64,000 nucleotides of DNA, taken from Blepharisma stoltei ATCC 30299. Its lineage: Eukaryota; Protista; Ciliophora. A program made the translations under genes and the position numbers. This document shows, piece after piece, positions 23,337-33,834 of this stretch. The notes under the pieces are model-generated. The model made no database searches and had not been told where the DNA came from. It saw nothing but the letters and a program-made list of their open reading frames with translations. The stretch is from the NCBI GenBank assembly GCA_965603825.1, contig CBFDEM010000005.1:310001-374000 (forward strand), in the 5' to 3' direction. How positions within the stretch are numbered: the first letter of the stretch is position 1; the number at the start of each line of letters is the position of its first letter.

Positions 23337-23645
23337 TTACCAGCGTTGTCTTCTGATTCCTGAAAGGCAGGCTTTATAAATATTTTCTGAACTGTCAGGG
23401 TCCATAAATGGGCTGACACGCAGATCTTTGATTTTATCCAGATCGACTTGAGTTTCTAGTGCTTCAGCCGTCATTCTTTTGCACATACTTTCTGCCTCTT
23501 TTCTGAGTTTAGGGACATTCACTCTGCCTTTTCCAAAATCGCAGCCTCTGTAGCAATAAAAGCGTGAGTTATTATAATATTCAAATGTTTCTTCGCAGGC
23601 AACGTAGCACATTCCACCTTCTTCAAAGCTTGGATATGAGGACAT
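23337..23645 (-). CDS. Small Cys-rich protein with twin CX3C (102 aa)
   Basis: ATG 23645, GC-richer ORF, CYVAC-x13-CYRGC plus two further Cys. Confidence 0.7.
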   Translation of the reverse strand: MSSYPSFEEGGMCYVACEETFEYYNNSRFYCYRGCDFGKGRVNVPKLRKEAESMCKRMTAEALETQVDLDKIKDLRVSPFMDPDSSENIYKACLSGIRRQRW

Positions 23646-24324
23646 ATTTTTATCCAATCCAATTTGAGTGATAATATTTGAGATATTTAGATAATTTTGC
23701 TTTCAAATTAAATTATATTAATTTAAAAATAGATGGAAATTTTCCTTATTGCTATATAATAAATGCATATAAGATTTATTCAATTTTTACTTAAGCAGTC
23801 AGCTTGAAAATATTGAATCGTTGTATTTTATATCTTAAATATGAAATCATTTGAATTAATTATATTCCGAAGCTTTCAGCCGAAAAAGAATAATGGAGAT
23901 GCTAAAAAATAGGAAATCTGCTATGCTAGACTTCTAAATTTAGAAGGAAAGTATGGCTTTTAGAAAAGCTCACAATTTCCTATTCAAAGATAATTTCAAG
24001 CAAGTGTGCCGTTCAGAAGTCCTGCTTTCTTCTTAACTACACTTCTTGAACGAGATAAAACTAAAGCAAATTATCTCTTCTACTGCTTCTTCCAACCAAA
24101 ATTCTTCAAACTTTTCCCAAGGATTCTGAAAACCCTCTATTCTCTTTTCCTCCTAATAATTCAAATTTTTTCACCCCAGTTGGTCTCCATAAGTGACTTA
24201 TAAAAATGTCCATGAGCATAAGTAAAATCCTTCCTCAGGTTTAATGTCGAAACCCATTTGACACCACTCTTAATGAAATTTTAGCCACTAAAAAAATTAG
24301 ATTTCCTAATATAAAATAAATTAG

Positions 24325-25212
24325 ATGGGTAAGCTACAAACCTTTCTCGAAGAATTTAAAGCTGCTTTTTACAGTGATGACGTAGAGTGCCAACTTCGAG
24401 TTCACGAAAAGCTCGAAAATCACTACCATCATCATCCTAATCTCCGGAAAATCTCCCAGAAGTGTGCAGAGTATCAAAAGTTCCTTGAAGAAATAGATTG
24501 CTATGACATGTGTCTTGAATTGCTATTAAATAACGACTGAGATCTTGAGTATGAAGGCAACGATATTCTTGTCGAAAGCAGAGGATCAGGGGCAGATTTT
24601 GTGTCACGTGCAAGTCTTCTGATTAATGCTTCAATCTTGCCCACACTTTCAGTTATTACGGAGACTGATTTATTAAGCACATGGTAATTTAGATGTAGGG
24701 TTCAAGTACTGAACGGAGTCGAAATTATTGCAGAGCCTACAAATTCAAGAAAGCTTGGGTTTTACAATTTTTGGTTCCCTTGGCCGCTCTCTGATAGACA
24801 GTGCGTTTTGGAATTCAGCGCATATCCTGTAAGGTCTGAGCAAGGGGTTTTAATAATGATGAAGACCCCAGAAACTTCGAAATATCTAGGTGCTGAGATA
24901 CCGGCAGCTGCAGAAGGATTGGCTAGGATGAATATTCCGATCGGGGGAGTATTTGTTCAATATATTTCACCAATATTAACTAAAGTTGTTATTGTGGTTC
25001 AGGCAAATGGAAATATTGTATTATTTATTTAGAGTTCTGTACCTGATTGACTATTCAACTTTGGGACAAAGAGAATCATGTATTACTTAATGGACGCTTT
25101 GAGGAACCAAGTCCTAAATTTCCAAGGAAGTATATATGAAAGAAGAGTTGCTGAGAGAGAGGAATACTATCGATTTATTTGCCAGTATATACAGCATAAC
25201 ATTGGAGACTAA
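24325..25212 (+). CDS. START-domain-like lipid-binding protein
   Basis: 15-nt introns 24684-24698 and 25018-25032 plus 2 TGA give a continuous frame with ETDLLSTW, FPWPLSDR and VPDW(TGA)LFN. Confidence 0.75.
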
Positions 25213-25336
25213 AATTTAATAATCAATTTTAAAGTAAATGCGATTTAAAGTATTTTTTATTATAAATAAAAACTGTTTTCATTCTTTGAAATGGATCAAA
25301 TTTGATTTAATTATCAAAGCAAATTTTATCATAAAT

Positions 25337-25726
25337 ATGGTTAAAAATATACCTGGTAAGCCTAAATCCGGAAAGCCATGGAAAACTAACTCGAAAAAAT
25401 CCACAAAATTGGACGAAGAGCACAAAGCAGCCTTACCAAAGGTAACATTTGAAGAAAGAATGAAGAAAAAGCAGGAATTAGAAGAAGTTAAAAAACTAGA
25501 AAAATCACTGATGGAAGAAAGAGCGAATAAGCTAAAGCAAGCCAGAGAAAAATCTGAAACGAAGAAAAAAAACAAAGAGATAAACCAGTTTAAGAGCTCT
25601 TCATTCCAAGTCATCAAAAACACAAAGAAAATGAAGACGATGAGCAAAAAATTGAGATCACAAATTGCCAAGATGCCACCAGGAATGTTTTATAAGGTCA
25701 TTCATGGTAAAAATATCAATAATTAA
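25337..25726 (+). CDS. CCDC86: CCDC86/Cgr1-like nucleolar protein
   Basis: GKPKSGKPWK, K/E-rich helix, FQVIKNTKKMKTMSKKLRSQI. Confidence 0.75.
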   Translation: MVKNIPGKPKSGKPWKTNSKKSTKLDEEHKAALPKVTFEERMKKKQELEEVKKLEKSLMEERANKLKQAREKSETKKKNKEINQFKSSSFQVIKNTKKMKTMSKKLRSQIAKMPPGMFYKVIHGKNINN

Positions 25727-25772
25727 CAAGTTTTATGATAATATATAGCAGTTATAAAATTCTATTATCTCA

Positions 25773-28205
25773 TTAAAGATCTCTTGGCTCTTCTGACTCT
25801 CCAAATTCAGAATCACTATTTGGGCTTGGCGAGGATTTAAAGAAATTCCCTTCAAGTGGCTCTAAATTCGGGAGATATATTTCTGTATTTACAGATGACT
25901 CTGCCTTTTGCTCTTCTTTGACGTCTTCAGATATATCAGGGTTGATAGCTTGAGGCTGAATCACAAATGCTTCAGAGTCCGGCTCAGCTCTTTCTTCAAT
26001 CATGCTATAAGACCTTTCCAGAACCAGTTTTCCAGATTTATTTTTTTCTGCTTGTTGCTGTTCCCCTCCATAGGTAGACAGCCTATCAAGCAAGGACATT
26101 CTAAATTTCTTTTTCCTTGCTGGCTTTGTTTCATATCCAGGAGATATGTCATCTTCAACTTTATCACTGTCTTCACTGTCCATATAAATCATCGTAAACT
26201 TTGGGTCTGCTTTTCTTACAGGGAGCTCGCTTGCAGGCATTTCTAATTGAGAATTAGTAGCACTTACAATAGAGCTAGAATAAGATTGACCTTGCCCATA
26301 TTTTTCAATAAATCCTTCTATTTTTGGATATATATGAGGATCATTAGAGAACAGCTTAGCAATTGGCTTAGAGATGCCACGAACATTACGGGAATCGTAG
26401 TTTCTGTTAATAAGCTTCATTTTTGGAACACGATGGTAGTTTGGCTCAAAGCTGTCTTCAGCTGTCAATCGTTTTGTTTCTGGGGCGCTTCTTTTTTCAA
26501 GCCACTTTTTCTTGGTTTCTTCCTTATCTAAGTTCAACAATATTTTTTTGCATTTTATTGCTACATGTCCTAGCTCTTTACAAATATAACATTTTACCAG
26601 CAACGTCGAAAAATCATTGTCTTCACATTTTTTTGACAGCAGGTCTGTCTGCTCTTTTGCTTCAGGGAATTTTTCCAGAAGCTGGTTCATATTTGCTCTA
26701 GACAAGCTTAACAAATCAACAAAATCAAGACACTTCGCCGAGGCGCATCTTGGCTTTTCTGTAAAAAAAGCAATTTCTCCAAAATACTCTTTTGGTCCTA
26801 AGTCTTTATAAGTTGACTTTGTGGAGTGATGAAAAATGTCGATTTTTCCATTCTGAATAAAATACATCTTGGTGCTCATTTCGCCTTCTTCAATTACTGT
26901 ATCTCCAGGAGCATAAGTTTCGCTTTCTAAAGCTCTTGTCAATTGAGAAATGAAGTGGGCCTCATATTGCTCAAAAATTGGGCAAAGCTTGATGACAATC
27001 CCGTGAATGTGGGCGTAGATTTCGTCACGTAAAGGCTCTGAGAGAAGCGTCAAAATTTGTTTTTCGTCGAGGTTGCTTTTCTTTTTATTTTCCCAGACAT
27101 ATTCAAGATATCTTCTTACTCTGAATTGTAAGTCATGTGGCAAGTCTTTTTTCCTCATATATCGATTCACAGCGACAACTTGCTCTCTGTAAGCATTTTC
27201 TACGGCATTTTGTTTGCTTACAAGAGAGCCAATGCTACCTACAGTGTATGCAAAGACACCACAGGCTACAATCATAGCAAACATTGCATATATTTTCTCT
27301 GGGAGTGTTTTTGGAACAATGTCTCCATACCCTACAGTTGTCATGGTCGTAAATGCCCAATATAAAGAAGTTATATATTTGTCAAAAGGGCTTGAATTTT
27401 CTATTTTCGCAACAGTCACCCAGGTCGTAGGATAATACATCATATCTAAATCCCCTAAAAAATACCACCAGCAAGCTGTCCAGTGAGCTATAAAGAACAC
27501 AATAGAGAGCAAGCGCAAAAACATAAAAATTGTGGCAATTGCATTGCTCGCTATGTAGTCTTCAATTTTTATCAACATTCTTTTAAGTTTTGCCATGCGC
27601 ACAAGTCTAAGAATTCTTAAAAATCTGAAAACTTTTACAAGCCTTAGAAACTGGTTTGAGTTGGATAAGCTGACTTGGCCGCTGTCTGAGCTGTCTCCGT
27701 CTTCAAATGGTCCAGTAATAAACCAGGTAAGCGGGATACTTGCTATTAAATCAAAAAGGAACCATGTTTTTAAGTAATGCTTTATAATTTCTTTGCGATT
27801 CATTTGCAAAGAGCCTTTTGCGTAAAATCCTGTATTAAAGCACACAAAAATATCAGCCATGAAGCAAAGAGTGATAAAAAACTCCAAATATTTTCACCAG
27901 CCTGCAATTGGAACATTAAAGCAAATCCTATATGGGACGGTTATAGCGTAGTAGACTATGAAAATCATAGTTGTGATATCCCATAATAATTTTCATGAAG
28001 ATTCGGGCTGAATGGGACTTAAAATTCATAACCTTGATTTTCCGTCTTTCGATACAGGAGCACTTGGCAAAAATGAATCTTTTTTTATTGTTCTTAAATG
28101 ATGCAATGATTTATTTGCTGCGTTTTTGGGATCTTCTATAGGACCTTGAGATAAATCTTTTTGTATATTTGTTCAATTAGATCTCTTGAGGCCTGAGTTT
28201 TCCAT
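25773..28205 (-). CDS. Cyclic-nucleotide-binding K+ channel (EAG/HCN-like, 810 aa) with CCHC knuckle
   Basis: Extends to ATG 28205 through 4 TGA. S4 FLRLVKVFRFLRILRLVRMAKL, pore TMTTVGYGD, CNBD FGEIAFFTEKPRCASA, CYICKELGHVAIKC. Confidence 0.92.
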
Positions 28206-28564
28206 TTATGAAATTATTAAAGTTTTACTTTTTATTTAAATTATTTGGGCTGTAATGGTACCTGTTAAATCTAGAAAAAACAAAGCTAATTTCATTTTAT
28301 AATTACTTTGATGTCTTCGACAATTAAGCTGGCTTAGAAAACTGATATCCTTTGCTTTAAAAATTTTGTGGCTTATCTTAATTATATAACTAGAGTTATT
28401 TTCCTTTGATATTGACATAATTATCCTATATCTTATAGGAAATAGTTAATTAACAATTAAGATTAATAATGCTAATTTATTCTTAATTATACACTTATAA
28501 ACCTTTGTAAATTTAAGATAACTAATTAAAGGAATGGTATATATGTAAGCGTCTTTATAAATAA

Positions 28565-28771
28565 TTAAGACTGCTTTTTTTCTTCATCTGGATCGTAATT
28601 AGGATCACCTCTATCAGCTATTTCAACTGGTTCACTTTCATCCACTGTTCCCCAGCCTCCATGTCCGCCTTTTTTAGGGTTTGGATCAACACCTTGTGCA
28701 GAGTGTCGGTCAAGTCTTGCATCTTTGTCCTTTTTCCCTTCGACAGATCTCTTATGATCTTCTCTTTCCAT
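28565..28771 (-). CDS. 68-aa PDCD4/SERBP1-motif miniprotein
   Basis: LDRHSAQGVDPNPKKGGHGGWG...DRGDPNYD. Clean ATG-TAA ORF with AT-rich flanks. Confidence 0.75.
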   Translation of the reverse strand: MEREDHKRSVEGKKDKDARLDRHSAQGVDPNPKKGGHGGWGTVDESEPVEIADRGDPNYDPDEEKKQS

Positions 28772-28844
28772 TTTTTATTAATAACATAAACTGTCCACTT
28801 AATTCAAAAATTAATTAGTTGATGCAGAAACTGTTTATGATGGC

Positions 28845-30674
28845 TTAATAGGAATCACAAAGGAGGTTGTATTCTTCTTTAAGCCTCTTTAATTCAGACT
28901 GGACACTAACACACTGTAAAAATATTGATTCACTATATATAATTGGTATTTTTGAGTCTTCAAGAGTTTGAGGGCTATGCTTCTTGAATCCGCTCATATC
29001 TTTTTCGTATTGCTCTTCTAACTCTGCCAACTTCATATTTTTCCTCTTAACTTTATCAGGTTTCGTCCTAACTCGAGTTTTAGCTTTGAATAATAATTTA
29101 CAAGACTGTTTTACCTTATTTTCTACCAGCAAAAAATCATCAAAAGAATTTTTTCTTATGGCTTCTACAATGACAATAGGAGATTTCGAAATATTCAGTG
29201 AAGAATTTCTTGAATGCCTTGATATATTTGAATTGCTCCTACTTGGAGGCTGTATAGAAGTTCCTCTTTCTGACCTTCCTGTGTTGCTTTGTGTATCTTC
29301 AGCCTTGGATTCTGCTTTTTTAGGGTCAATTCAGCAGTCAAGCTTAGATTCAACAGTATTTCAGTTTATTTTTTGCATATTGACTCTTTCAGATCTTCTC
29401 CTGAGAAAAGGTTTGGGTGGCTTTGCTAATATAAGATTGCTATGACTTGAAGGAGGCGGTGATAAAAATTTTACCTCGCTGATAGTAGGATCTTTGGAGG
29501 AAACTGGGTTAACGCTTGATTCTTCAGCTGAACTTTCATAGTGGCTTGTCTCTTCTAAAGGAAATGATATTGGGTTTTGAATTGCTGGTGTTCTCTGTGA
29601 GCGGATACTTTGTTTACTATTTAATGATAACTTCCCTCTCTGTAAAGGCTGCCTTGTTTTTGAATTTGTGACACTTTTTCTCAAAAATGGCTTGGGTGCT
29701 GCTTTTTTATGTATTCCTCAAGATGGACTAGCAAAAGCCAAAGCGACTGAGCTGATTAAATCTTGTTTTAATACGAGATTTTCTGTACTAGTCTTAATTT
29801 GTTCTATGAGTAATGCTATATCAGGGGTTTTAAGGATCCTTCTCAGCTTCCATCCTTTGACAATTCCTTTTAATTTTTCTTTTTTCACTTTTTGCATTAT
29901 AATATTTGCTTTATTCCGTTTATAGCTTCTTCATGCTTGCTGTATTATCCCTGCACAGTGCTGTTTAAATTTATTCATTATTTCTTCTTTCATCTGAATA
30001 TTTCTTTGAGAAAACTCTCTTATTGCTCTAGTAATCTTAAGTGCTGCAGTTTTTCTTTTTATTTTATCACATATTTTAGCTAGCTTTCTCTCCCTTTCTT
30101 CTCTTATCCAATTTTCCTTGAGAATTTTATACCTTTTTCTACCTCTTATCCCTCTAAATCATGCCTGAATTCTAACTGCAGATTTCTTTCTTTTTTCTAT
30201 TTTTCTTTCCTTTTCAAGCGCAAGTTGCCTCAGCTGCTCAATTTCAGCTTTTTTATAATTTTCTGTCTTTTTTGGCCTTTTTTCTATACTATTAGTTGTG
30301 TCCTATATAAAATTTACAGTTGAAATGGAATCTTCGTTTTTATGATCAATTTTTGCTATGAAGGCATCGAACGTTAATCCAACGCTATTTGTTGCCTGTT
30401 GGGGTTGAGCTTTTTTGAATTCTCCTGTTAATTCTGAAAAGTCTTCTTCTGAGCTTATAGAGGATTCAAAATCGGAATCATTTGCAGAGGAGCAGCCTGA
30501 GGATATAGGGGAATCTGCCAAAGGTCGAATTTGGGCTGCCCGAGATTGCGAGGTCTCTTCTATTTCAGTTTTATATGAAACTTCTACTATCTCTTCTTTT
30601 GTGGCGGGTGGAGGAGATGGTGATTTTTTGTAACTTGCCTTACGGATAAGATTGAATACAGAACTAAATGACAT
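28845..30674 (-). CDS. IQ-motif coiled-coil protein
   Basis: 15-nt intron 30303-30317 plus several TGA unite three ORF-track pieces. IQ motifs SAVRIQAW(TGA)FRG and CAGIIQQAW(TGA)RSY. Confidence 0.75.
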
Positions 30675-30983
30675 TGATGAAATAAATATAAAAATTATGG
30701 AAAGGAAGCACTAATAGAACTCCAGCATGAGACGATCAATTTATTGGTCTTTACAATCTCATGCTAAAGGAATCAAAGGGATTAAAACAGGCTGCTTGTG
30801 CATGCTTGTGTCGGACTCTTTTACAATACAAATTCATTTGATGCAGAGCCAATTGTTCGCCCTTCTTTAAGATGCGTACAAGTAATTCATGCTATATTGA
30901 AGAAGAAGACTAAAACTTATTCACATAAGTTATAGCCTTTCTCTTACAGCTTAAGCACTCCATATAAATATTAGATAGTTATT

Positions 30984-32600
30984 TTACATCTTCTTTACCT
31001 TACTTAAGCCAATTTTTAGCTTTTCAATGGTATCTTTGATGAATTCTCCTTCTTTTAGGCTTTTATAGTCCAAACTTTCGCCTCTCGGGTGCTTTGAGAT
31101 GATTTCAGTGTCAAAATTTATAGCTGATTTTCTTCCATATACAATGGTAGCTCGCTTATATGATTCTGAAGAGAACAAAGGGAGCCTCGTTTCAGACTTC
31201 TTTGAATTAGGCCTGCTTGGAGGCTTAGAAGGCAGCGCTGAATGAGTTCTCACCCTTATGATGTTTTGCCTCACTATTGGAAGCGGGGGGTTCTTTATAG
31301 TTTGGCTCACTTTTGGATTGATATTGAAATTAAACTCTTCTTTTAACTTAAAATCAATGTTTTTATTTGTGACTGGGCTGATTTCTGACATCAAATCAAA
31401 AGTGGTCTCGGTTTTGTGTGTCGGCTTTATCCTCGGAGGTAGCTTCTTTTTGGATTCTGCATAAAAACTTGTGTAGTGAAGGTAGCAGTCTTCGCAGACT
31501 TTTATTTCTTGGGCTCCCCAGGACGGGTCTTTTTTCATTTCTTCATATTTTGTGTTAGTTAATAATGGGTTGAGCCTTCTTAAAACATTTGGCACAAGGT
31601 TGCATTTGTCTTCGGAGCTTTCGTTTAGCACCAACGCAGTTTCATCGTTTACTTGATCAGGTGGCTCATTGCCTATCTCAGAAAACTTGAGCACTAATCT
31701 CAATGAAATGTTGTGCATATATTCACTTCTTACCAAATGGTTACAGCCAACACACAATTCTCTGTTTTTCCTCATTTCACTGAATTTGCAAGAGCTTTTC
31801 ACTTTTTTTTCAGTTGCCAAGCTGGAAATCATCAATATAAGCTCCTGAGGCATTTTTTCGTTTTCCTTGTTAGAGCGAGTCAAGTCAAATACTTTTAGCG
31901 AACTGCAAAACTGCAGCCACAACAAATCATCTGCATCTTGTTTGAAAAACAAAGTCATCCTCGCAACTGTGACATTTCCTCCAGTCACTGCTTTAATATG
32001 ATCTACAATTCCCAAACAAATCCTTTGCACCTCTTCAACTAGTCAAGGCGCAGACAATGAATCAATTTTGCTATTATGCTCTAGCCCTTCATATGTGACA
32101 AGTTTATCATAAAATTCCATCTTCGGGTCATCCAATTTATGAATATTTGTTCTTTTTTCAAGCAAACAAAACTGAGGACTTCATATGACTTTAATCAGAG
32201 AATTCTGTGCATTTTTAGGATGGATTCACTTCTGCAAGATCCCACTCAAAGGCTTATCTCGGTTATGGATGAAATCATTAAATGACTCCGGTGTAAAAAA
32301 TTCGACCGTTGCTATGTTTGCTTTATCTTTTTTGTTGTCGCTGAACCCCATAAATGAAGCGATTATCTGCTTGTTTTCGTCCATGAACTCCTGGAAAATA
32401 AATTTATGGGTCACTTTTGTTTTCGATTTTCTCAACAATTCACCAGTTTCTGTACAAAAATACCAAAAAAAAGGCTTGGCTCATCGATAAATGACAGTTT
32501 CAGGAAGGAGGATATTAGGACAGCAGAGTCCTGTGCTTTCGTTCTGCTTCCACAAGTGGAAAAGCAGCCATTCTGTGAATCCAGCTGCACCTGATCTCAT
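30984..32600 (-). CDS. Conserved-looking hypothetical protein (538 aa)
   Basis: ATG 32600 and 4 TGA link the fragments. WYFCTETGELLRK, GILQKW(TGA)IHPK, IW(TGA)SPQFCLLEKRTN, CVGC...CEDC Zn-like pairs. Confidence 0.75.
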
Positions 32601-32626
32601 TTAAATGGTCTATTATTTTAAATTCG

Positions 32627-33830
32627 ATGCATAGTAACCCCTAATTAGAGTACAGATTAATCTCCAAGAAAGGCGAAGGGACTTTCTCCGAAGTTTTGAA
32701 GGCTCAAAGCATAAAAACTGGCAAATATGTTGCCATAAAATGCATGAAGAACCATTTCACAAGTCTTGAGCAGGTAAATAACCTCCGAGAAATCCAAGCA
32801 TTGAGGAGACTTTCCCCGCATCCTCACATTGTAAAGCTATTAGAAATTTTATAGTAAACTCTAGCGTAGTGATGAGCCGACAGGAAGATTGGCTCTCGTT
32901 TTCGAGCTCTTAGATCTTAATTTGTATGAATGGATCAGAGGACGCCGCCATTATCTCCCAGAAAACAAAATAAAGCATTATATGTACCAGCTGTTAAAGT
33001 CAATTGACCACATGCACCGAAATGGGATTTTTCATAGGGATATTAAGCCTGAAAACGTGCTACTAATTGAAGAAGTGCTGAAATTGGCAGATTTTGGATC
33101 CTGCAGAGGGATTTACAGCAAGCAGCCGTATACGGAGTACATCAGTACAAGGTGGTACAGACCTCCTGAGTGCTTGCTAACTGATGGATACTATAGCTAC
33201 AAAATGGACATTTGGGGAATCGGTTGTGTCTTTTTTGAAGTATCTGCTTTGTTCCCACTATTTCCAGGGAACAATGAAATGGACCAAATAGACAAGATCC
33301 ATAAAATCCTGGGGATGCCTCCACAAGAAATCTTAGCTGATTTCAGAAAAAAGGCTAGAGAAATAGATTTTAATTTTCCTACAAGAGAAGGGACTGGAAT
33401 TGATAAGTTAATTCCTCACGTATCCCCGGTCGCTAGAGATTTGATGTCAAAGCTACTGTCATACAGCGCAGATGAAAGAATATCTGCAAGACAAGCACTA
33501 AAGCATCCTTATTTTAAAGATCTTAGAGATCAAGAGAGGCCTCCTCAAATGGCGCCATCCCCTCAAAGTTTAAGAACCCCTGATGCTGATAGTGCAGCTG
33601 GTGATGAAAGTAAGGGATCTGAAGGCATTTTACAGTTGCCACCAATCAAAGCTCAAGGAGGTATAATCCCTAAAACCAAGAAAAACCCAGAGATGAAACT
33701 GAAAAACAACACCTCGAATAAAAGCATTACAATTGACAAAAGCCCTTATACAAGTAAAAAAATAACCCTGGAGCCAAGAAAGCTCTATGCGCCTGTATAC
33801 AAAAAGAGCTTTTATAAAAGTACTTATTAA
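32627..33830 (+). CDS. MOK: MOK/RAGE kinase (RCK family)
   Basis: Introns 32634-32648 (15 nt) and 32854-32869 (16 nt) give MHKYRLISKKGEGTFSEVLK, QVNNLREIQAL, YTEYISTRWYR. Confidence 0.92.
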
Positions 33831-33834
33831 TAAA

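Noticed and set aside
23953-24300. Coding-like patch upstream of the START gene
   Set aside because: The frames I read are interrupted by TAA/TAG with no consensus intron and no recognisable family. At most a decayed relic.
32634-32648. CCCCTAA resembling a telomeric repeat (also near 6849)
   Set aside because: Single copies only; the one at 32634 is inside an intron. No tandem telomere array.
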